DNA of 64,000 nucleotides from Tubiluchus corallicola (lineage: Eukaryota; Animalia; Priapulida): positions 310,001 to 374,000 of the forward strand of contig JAQGDQ010000048.1 in the NCBI GenBank assembly GCA_030141605.1. The letters run 5' to 3'. The position numbers and the translations under genes are program-made. Shown piece by piece: positions 55,761-64,000 of this stretch. Position 1 is the first letter of the stretch. Each line of letters starts with the position of its first letter. The notes beneath the pieces were generated by a model. The model saw nothing but the letters and a program-made list of their open reading frames with translations. It was not told the origin of the DNA and ran no database searches.

Positions 55761-56508
55761 GAACATGTGTCTCATCAAGCTAAATAAGACAATCACCAAA
55801 TTAGTTTTTTCTTATCTATTCTAATTTTTCAAGAAAGCACAGATTTCTACTTTCACTGCAGTTTGCTAGTATTCAAGATGCCTGGTTGCAAAAATAACTG
55901 TGACGCTCATTTGCATCAAATACAATTTGTATAACAGCTGAGGCATAACTTCCACTTTCTGCATAGTTGCTAGACTTTGTTCATTCACTAACTCACCTGA
56001 CTTGCAGATTGCACTGTAATATCAATACATGTGTGGGTGAATTTCAAGGCTGTCTGCTGGGCAACATACTTGTTTGATTGCTAGCGTCTTTTCCTCTGGG
56101 TCTGTGCAGTGTTGTGTTGCTGTTTTACGCATGAATGTAAGTTAGCATTGTTTGTACAATTTTTACAGCTATCAGAAAAAAATGATGTTAGTAATGAACT
56201 GTTCTGGTATGTATTGTTTAGGTTAGAAAGATGTGCTTACAAATAAAGGCTACACGAGATGCATTTTCATTGCAGTTACTGTTAATCACAATTTTTGTTT
56301 GTTTTTTTTTTCAATTCAGGCAAAAATTTCTGATATTTTATTCGGCGGCCAGAGACTAAATACATGTATTAATAAACTAAATTGTTTTTCTACAACTGTA
56401 TTATTTTTGTACATGTACTTTGACCTTTGTACTGCTACTGTACTCACTCTGCTCTGTCCTAGTCTATTCTTTGACTAATAGGCCTCAAATTATGTCACAA
56501 TACTTTTT

Positions 56509-57247
56509 GGGCGCCGAGTAACCCACTAGCCGAAGTAGGACAATTGGCGTACATGGGCTAACCCAAGTAGGACGCGTCGTACATTAGAGACTGGTCACGA
56601 ATTGAGTCGCTAGGCGTACTGGCACCGTCCGTTGTTCTTTTTTATGTAATAATAATTAAAAACGTCAATACACGTTGAATAATTTGTTATACTTATACAA
56701 CTGATAAAATAAAAATGAAATAAAACAATTTTATTCTGAACTAGAAGAATTAATATTTGCCAATATTAATTTTCTTTGAAGTGAAATAAGTGCACTTTTT
56801 AGGCGATTGCAACATTTGCTTAAGGTATATCATTTTTTTGTCTTGCTTCACAGACATGTGATCCTTTTCACTCCCTCTAGGACAAATAATTGTTTTCCAC
56901 TAAGTAAACGGGTTAGCGAGTTATGTGCCCTGCATAGTTTCTCTCTCTAAAGCATTAGAAACTTAGTTTAATATTATGATGATATTTATGGAGCTAATAA
57001 TAATGATTATATTGTTGCAAAAATACATTTGCTAATTGTCAAGGACTATCCATCATTATTATAAAGTTACTTTTTTCTAAAACAAATTTAGTTTTATGTT
57101 TTATTGTGTCATAAATCTCGATTCTCGACAGAAATCGCTAGTGTCCTACTTGGGCTGCCCATGTACGACACTGCTTTCCCGCAAATTTAGCACATGCGTT
57201 TTACCAGAAGTGTCCTACTTCAGCTACTGGGTTCAGCTTCGGCGCCC
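56509..57247. mobile_element. MITE with ~35-bp TIRs and nested subterminal inverted repeats
   Basis: GGGCGCCGAGTAACCCACTAGCCGAAGTAGGACA vs reverse complement of the right end GGGCGCCGAAGCTGAACCCAGTAGCTGAAGTAGGACA; second pair CGTACATGGGCTAACCCAAGTAGGAC (~56548) / GTCCTACTTGGGCTGCCCATGTACG (~57143); AT-rich core. Confidence 0.85.
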
Positions 57248-57651
57248 TACAATACATCTTTCTTCACTTCCAGGTCTTGTGAAGGATCAAATTGTTACAA
57301 GTAAGTTGACACATCATAGGCTTAGAAATTTAAGAACTCTGCAGCTTTAAGATACTTTATTGCTGCAAAACTGCTGCTTGCTATCTGGTCGTGTTATGGT
57401 CGCTTTCGTAAGTCTAAGGCCTGCGTAAAGGTTTTGTTAATTAAATCATTTTGTTGTGAAGTTTGTAAGCAAAATTGTTTAATTAAATATTGACCTATTT
57501 ATCGTACAGAATTAATATTATTTTGGTTATTTAGTCCACAAGCTAGTGAGTTGACTTATTTTGCAGTGTTCTTTAAACGGGCATATTTTAAATGCTGTCA
57601 CACAGTTTAAGAAAAATATCGTTTTGAAACTATTATCAAAAACTACTCGTA

Positions 57652-57657
<6 letters not shown>

Positions 57658-57689
<32 letters not shown>
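57658..57689. repeat. (AT)n microsatellite
   Basis: About 16 AT units. Confidence 0.95.
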
Positions 57690-57692
<3 letters not shown>

Positions 57693-57814
57693 CAGTTCTA
57701 ATTTTTGAGAATTGTGCATATTCTTAGCATCTTTACTCATTTACACTTCAATGTATAAACTACTTTTGTGCATACAACTTTTTCAAGCCAGACACAGAGA
57801 ACATAATAACTGTC

Positions 57815-58010
57815 GAGAACTACGCTTCTCGAGTAAAAGTGCTTATTCATGGTTACAAGTATCTTTCCTAAAGCTGTTTTCATAGTGTACATATAACTCT
57901 ATGTAAACTACATAGAGAACTACGCTTCTCGAGTAAAAGTGCTTATTCATGGTTACAAGTATCTTTCCTAAACCTGTTTTCATAGTGAACATATAACTCT
58001 ATGTAAACTA
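57815..58010. repeat. Near-perfect 100-bp-period tandem duplication
   Basis: GAGAACTACGCTTCTCGAGTAAAAGT...ATAACTCTATGTAAACTA at 57815 and 57915; two substitutions visible. Confidence 0.96.
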
Positions 58011-58826
58011 GTTTTGTATTCAATTAGTCGTGTAATCACTGCATATAGACTTCCTTCTCAGAAAGGACATAACTTTGCGTTTTGGCACTCCAATTCCTCC
58101 TTATGGAGGATAATCCGTAGCCAATTTTCCGCATGTAGTTGCTATATTTACATTTCGTAGTGTTTATGCAAATTGTTTCATTCATGCTCATTTTGACGTA
58201 GTCATTAATTTAATGTAGCCAATGGCTTTTAAGTAGCATTTTTGCTCTATTTTTCTTTCTGTATAAACGTAGCATTTAACTGTATTTATTCACATTGCCA
58301 TTATGATGTAATTGTTCTTTTTCATATAATCCTTGTATATATCACTAGTGAAATGTTTGTGTAATGTAAGAATAACTATGTGCATATTTTAACTTTATCG
58401 TTCTGTAAACGGAATTTCGATATTGACAAACTTTATTTGAATCACATATTTGCACCTCGCGTAATTGAACTTTAAAAAACAAAAGGGTTTTCAGTTGCCC
58501 AGTAATTGCTTTCCCCTTTTGTAAAAAGCTAAAAAGATTAAAAGTTCTTAAGTATTTACAAAAACAAATCTAAGCCGTGCACAACACACAAATCAATTTA
58601 TGTATTTTTTTAATACACATTTTGTGACAATAACTGTGATGTTGTTGTTGTTGTTGCTATAATAACTGTAGAAAATATATTTTGCAAAAATTGTTACTGT
58701 TGCTGTTTCTGTACTTGGTGATAGTGGTGTTTATATGTAAATAGTTATGATAATTACTTAAACGGTATTTTCACTTAGGTTTGCACCAGTTTTGTGTATT
58801 GGTGAGTCGCTGTAACGCATTTCAGA

Positions 58827-58926
58827 ATGGCTTCTGTTTTCTCTAACTTGACTTTTCCATCTGTAGAAGATGTGACTAGTTGGATCAGTCAGCATCCAGT
58901 TGCTGTTGGATCATCATTGGTTGCAG
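58827..58926 (+). CDS. RDH-like coding exon 1
   Basis: TTTCAG|[38 protein letters not shown]|GTGCAT; phase fits exon 2. Confidence 0.72.
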
Positions 58927-61813
58927 GTGCATTATGCTCTCAGCTTCGTTTTCAATTTTTTCAGTTTGAATAAATAGCATCATTTATTGTGTTGTAAATG
59001 TGAGGATGAAAAAGAAATGTTGACAGTGCTCTTTTGTTTTTATAATTTACAGATAGATTTGCTAGTTTTTGATTGATTGAATATCTTTATTGACATAAAC
59101 ATATGATAATAACAATGTAATAATTCATGTGTTAATTAATACTGTAAAATGTTATTAAAGCTGTTTCCAGCCCACTTGGGCTTACAAGTCAATTTCATGA
59201 AAATTTATCACATAATAACTGTGCAGTTCATTTACATAGAATATCAAATAAAAGAAAATATATAATATGGAATTTTAACATATACCTGAATGGACAAGTC
59301 ATGTATTAAATATATATCTTGCTTTGCCTCATTCTAAAAATCTTATAAGCATATTTTGCAGTCCTAAGGACATTCTCTTCTGACATAATATATTTCCATT
59401 TATTTACATTATCTAATTGTTCCGGGTCCATGTTAATATCTTGGAAAAATTAGTGTAAGCTAGTAATCTTCAAATTTGACATTTTGGTTGATAACAGTTT
59501 TTCATCAGATTTTTTATGCTGAATCTGAACACTTCGATTGCACCAACTGTAACAGTCAAAGAATTCTAGGTAAAGTAAGCATGATGTTTCAATGTAAGCA
59601 AAGTATAAGCATGATGTAAACAAAATTAGCATGATGTTTAAATGCACTAATAAGTATTACCAAGCAGTCGTGCTTAAGAATGAATACCTGGGTTATCTAA
59701 CTGAATAACAAAAACTTATCTCATCTCGAATATACGGAGTAAATAGATCTTTAGATTTTCTGTGTATCAAACTCAGAAAATGGAGTGACACAAGGGCATA
59801 GCCACATCTTTTTGACCCACTTGGTGAGCTTGTGCTTGTCTTTAGTATTTCTTGGGCAGCAGATTGGTACTAATGTAACCATATATAGTGCGATTATTGC
59901 ACGAAATGCCCGTACATAAAAATTGCGGCTTAGTAACTGCCTATCACAGCTTATGAATGTTCCTGATAGATCTCGCTAAAGATAGTTTCCCAGAGGACTG
60001 TCTTCTGTCTGTCTTCATCAATTTTGTTTTTGTTTTCAGTTTTTGGATTGGTGGCTATTAGAAAATGGGCTGCTGGCGGTCGCTGTACTAGTAAAGCCAG
60101 ACTTGATGGTAAAACAGTCATTATTACTGGAGGTAACTCCGGCATTGGATATGAAACAGCAAAGGACCTGGCTAAACGTGGTATGGAAAAATGATCACTT
60201 ATAAGACTCAAATAAAATTGAGCCTCTCTGCTTATTGAAACACTTTAAAGACATCAACTTTTTGCTATTTTCTTCGCTGATATGTTGTTAACTATTCGAC
60301 TATCTATGACAAGGATATTATCAGGGAGACACTCTGTGCTATGAAATGACCTTGTCATCATGCTAAAATTATAAATTACTTAATATCTTTGATGGCAGCT
60401 ATTATTCTTGTGGCTGCTATTTTGGCATCAGCTGGCAATGTGAAAACAAAAGTGGATAGCCACTCTCAAGGATGAAAAGCCAACAATCTGTTACATGTAT
60501 AACCTTTTGTTAATATTCTCTATAAAAATTGTAATTTATGGGAAGCTTAATATCTTTACAAAGTGTTTAAGTTCACCTTTGTACACTGTATAATGATGTG
60601 TGCAACTATGTGTAACATTAATTTAACATTTGCACAATTGCACAAAATTATCTGAACAGTACATTACAAAACAAGCACTATTTGTTAAGCATAATTGCAT
60701 CAGTAATGGTGTAGTTGCATAGTCACGGTTAGTTAATTTAGATTTGTCTAGATTTGTTTTACAAGCACGCACAGTTATAAATGTGACTTATATATAGTGA
60801 AATATGCACTGCATAATTAACCTTGTGATTAAGAACACATTACTACAAACGTAATGTCTTGATGTCGTAGGTATGGTGATTGTGGAGGTAATGCTAAATA
60901 TGTTCTTGTGATAAACTCTTATACTTCTTTACTAGATTTAATAATTCAAAATTCTTTCAGGTGCTCGAGTAATACTTGCTTGTAGAAGTAAAGAGAGAGG
61001 CGAGGAGGCAGCCAACAAGATTAAAGAGGCCACTGGGAACAATAATGTCATATTTAAGAAGCTTGATTTGGCTTCATTTGCATCTGTCCGTGCCTTTGCT
61101 GTTGAGATTTTAAAAACAGAAGCAAGAATAGATATTTTAATCAACAATGCAGGTAAAATATTATACAACATTATCAAATCAAATTATTTATATGTTGCTG
61201 CACATTTGGGACCAAATGCCCAATAAATATAAAACATATTGTTGCTGAGAAGTCAGTTTTACTGTGCGAGTTAATAAATGATTTATGCATTAATGTCAAC
61301 ATATTGTTTAATTTAATTTTCCAGTGTTTAGTGATTATCGATGTAAACACATAATTGTTTCTTAACAGTTAACAGATTAAAATGACCCACTCATCTTCAT
61401 TTATGTTTCAGCACATATTGCACTGTACATGCAGACTCAGCAATGGCCATGTAGCAAGTGAATCATTTGATCATTTTTTACTTATTTTTCAGCATGGATG
61501 AGTCCATATATGAATGCTGAAGATAGCAATGAGATGCACTAGCTAGTTACTTATTTAAACCATTTTCATTTATTCTTTTGCATGGGTTAGTCCGCATACA
61601 AAAACCGAAGATTCAATAGCTTGCAAATCATTTTACTGTTTTACGTTTGTTATTCAGCTTGGATTGGTCCATATACGAAGACAGAAGATGGGAATGAGAT
61701 GCAGTGGCAAGTCAATCACTTGAGCCATTTTCTACTGACAAATCTTCTACTGGATAAGATTAAAGCTTCGGCACCTGCCAGGATTATCAATGTCTCTTCA
61801 TTGGCACATAAAT
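58827..61813 (+). CDS. Retinol dehydrogenase 11/12/13-like SDR, 3'-incomplete; join(58827-58926,60040-60180,60961-61152,61658-61813,...)
   Basis: N-terminal hydrophobic segment, [25 protein letters not shown] (TGxxxGxG), [69 protein letters not shown]; all introns phase 1, GT-AG. No YxxxK exon found before the window end. Confidence 0.92.
60040..60180 (+). CDS. RDH-like coding exon 2
   Basis: TTTCAG|(V)[46 protein letters not shown]|GTATGG. Confidence 0.93.
60961..61152 (+). CDS. RDH-like coding exon 3
   Basis: TTTCAG|(G)[17 protein letters not shown]...[13 protein letters not shown]...IDILINNA|GTAAAA. Confidence 0.94.
61493..61566 (+). pseudogene. Degenerate partial duplicate of RDH exon 4 (pseudo-exon with in-frame TAG)
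   Basis: TTTTTCAG|(A)[23 protein letters not shown] aligns ungapped to (A)[24 protein letters not shown] 165 bp downstream. Confidence 0.8.
61658..61813 (+). CDS. RDH-like coding exon 4
   Basis: ATTCAG|(A)[51 protein letters not shown]|GTAAGT. Confidence 0.93.
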
Positions 61814-64000
61814 GTAAGTCTAGCAAATGCTTAGTTAATTATTTGTACTTTGAAACACATGCTTGCCTAACACCTAAAACTATTTACATCAGTGCTGTTG
61901 ATGATGAATTGTTAGCATTATAAAATTCTTCACCACACTGTGTTATGTACTGCCCAGTTGAAGTCTCAACTTGGTAAAAACTATGTTTTTACGACTTAAC
62001 TAAGGAGTCTTCTGTTCTCTAGTAATTTTTGGGTATTTACCACATTGTATAATAGTGTACTTTTGCATGATTTTCTACAAAGTTAGTAATTAGTTATTAT
62101 TGGTATTAATTTGGACACATCGTTTTTCATCGACCAGCTTGATGCAGGGAATTATCGCTGCATAATTTGGAGTGTTACTAGTTTTTTCATTTCCACCTAT
62201 ATGTAATTTACAAAATTAATTACTAAATGTTTCAGTTCAGATTGATCAGTTTATAAAAAATCAAGCAATTTAAAAACAATAGTAGTTTTCAAAATCATGC
62301 ACAGATGCTAACAACAATCAGAGATTATATTCACTAGCTACTAGGTGCAACAAATGCACAGGTATACTTTTAATCTTAAAATTCGAATTCATTTGCAAGC
62401 ACTATAGTTTGACATTTCAGTTATTCATCTTAGTGGTATCCTCTGGTATTACAGTCATGCTCTAAACTACTAATGTTTGTTAATTGTCGCACAGAAACAC
62501 TGCACATTGTAAATTATTATTCCTTCTTATTTCCCAAATTCAATATTGTCAATGTTGATGTAATAGATAGCTCACTTACTACCAAGTGTAGTTTGCTTGG
62601 ATACTAGTCGCACTACATTTTGAAACTTTATTGCAACAAAGTCATGTCTTCCTGAATTTTTCAGTAGCTGTACACTTTTTCTATATCTATATATCTATAT
62701 GTGTATATAATTTTAGTACTTATCTGCCTTTCTAAACTTTTATTTTCTTTATAACACAAGTGAAATTATTAATTTAAATACAAATTAATTGTCTTTTCCT
62801 GCCTCTGCCACAAAAAAGATAGTCAACAGGTTCTGAAGAAAATCTGAGAGAGTCATTGACCTCCTAGTAGCTTGTTGTTGAGCAAAGATTTTTTTGGTTA
62901 TTTCAATTTAGAATGTCCATTTAATTTTGTTCATTTTGATAGTAGACCCACTTGGTTTACCAGAGTTGTATATTCTAGAGAGATTTTCATGAATCTATTG
63001 CACCAACTGAACACTGTGTATGCTCTCAAATTCTAGTAATCCATGACCAACAAATGTTTGGAGTAGATGTCTGAAACAGAGAAATGTGAAATACAGAATG
63101 ATGGCAATTAAACTAAAGTGCTCAGTGACCACATACTTATTTTCAGTGTAACAAAAGTTTTTTTGTACTTGATTGACGGCTAAATCAGTATCACTTGCGT
63201 TCGTGTGTTATTAAATTTTGCATTTTACCTTTGAATGCTTGATTATTCTTATACAGTGTGTCATTAGTTATTTACTTTTGTACCATTCTGAGAAAAAACA
63301 ATACGTTATTTAAATGTCTGATTGCGCGCCGGATTGCCTTTTTTCCCTAATGTTTGCATGTTTGTTATCTGTTGTGCTAACTTGTTAACATTGCAACCCT
63401 AAAGCAGGCCGTTACCTGGTTTTTTATTGTTCTTTTGTTGCAAGATTGTCACTTGCATTGTAGGAACTGCACATATCACAGTGAACTAGCAAGCTAGCTG
63501 CTGAGTTTTTCTTTAATTTTTGTAAAGTGAGGACTATTAACTGTATCTGGGTGAGTTATTTATTTAAACATAATTATCAACCTACTGACGGTGTATAGCA
63601 CGCCAATATATAAATTAACTAGTTTGGGGTTAATAGGGATTTATGATCCTGAGGGACTGTCATCCAAATGTTGGACAATGATGACCAAAGCCTAGGTATT
63701 TGTTTTATTATACACAACTAGAGATTCCAAATTAAATGAATTATTATCAAGTTTGTTAAACTTCCTTGCCATTTGCCATTGTGTCATGGCAAACCTTGAA
63801 TTGTCTAGGCACACCTAGCAAACTTGAATTGTCTAAGTCGTGATAATATTCCTAAATTTGCATAAAATATAGTTTTGTATTATCCTTGGTAAAGCTTTCT
63901 TTTATAGTATGCTGTCACATTTAGCTATGCTGCATGAGGTATGTTTAAATATAGGTAGAAGACATACTACACAGTTTTTGACTGTAGTGGCTTTAAGGCT

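Noticed and set aside
59951-61177. Minus-strand ORFs of 86 and 79 aa
   Set aside because: Antisense shadows of RDH exons 2 and 3, a common SDR artefact.
61814-64000. Search for the RDH catalytic YxxSK exon
   Set aside because: No acceptor followed by a matching frame found; the gene presumably continues beyond the window, so it is not called a pseudogene.

Overview
AT-rich, intron-rich animal genomic DNA, most likely an invertebrate; no prokaryotic features. Hand-splicing across GT-AG junctions gives five protein-coding genes. (1) PKDCC/VLK-like secretory-pathway tyrosine kinase, minus strand, 6 coding exons, 12308-6447, 502 aa. (2) Secreted single-domain C-type lectin, plus strand, 2 exons, 18063-19212, 193 aa, QPN/WND motifs. 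(3) numb, minus strand, 10 coding exons, 36471-22498, 479 aa. (4) DIMT1 18S rRNA dimethyladenosine transferase, plus strand, 2 coding exons, 50871-53546, 306 aa. (5) The 5' part of an RDH11/12/13-like short-chain dehydrogenase, plus strand from 58827, running off the window. Intergenic and intronic DNA holds a decayed non-LTR retrotransposon, several non-autonomous TIR elements, Helentron/HINE-like fragments, microsatellites and many local 39-162 bp duplications. I found no convincing new biological system. The best leads are a stop-containing pseudo-exon duplicate just upstream of RDH exon 4, four consecutive frame-neutral numb exons, the QPN lectin, the intron-poor DIMT1, a motif-dense candidate promoter near 42.1-42.3 kb, and a chain of orphan minus-strand exon-like segments downstream of the PKDCC stop. 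All family assignments come from motif recognition, not database searches.
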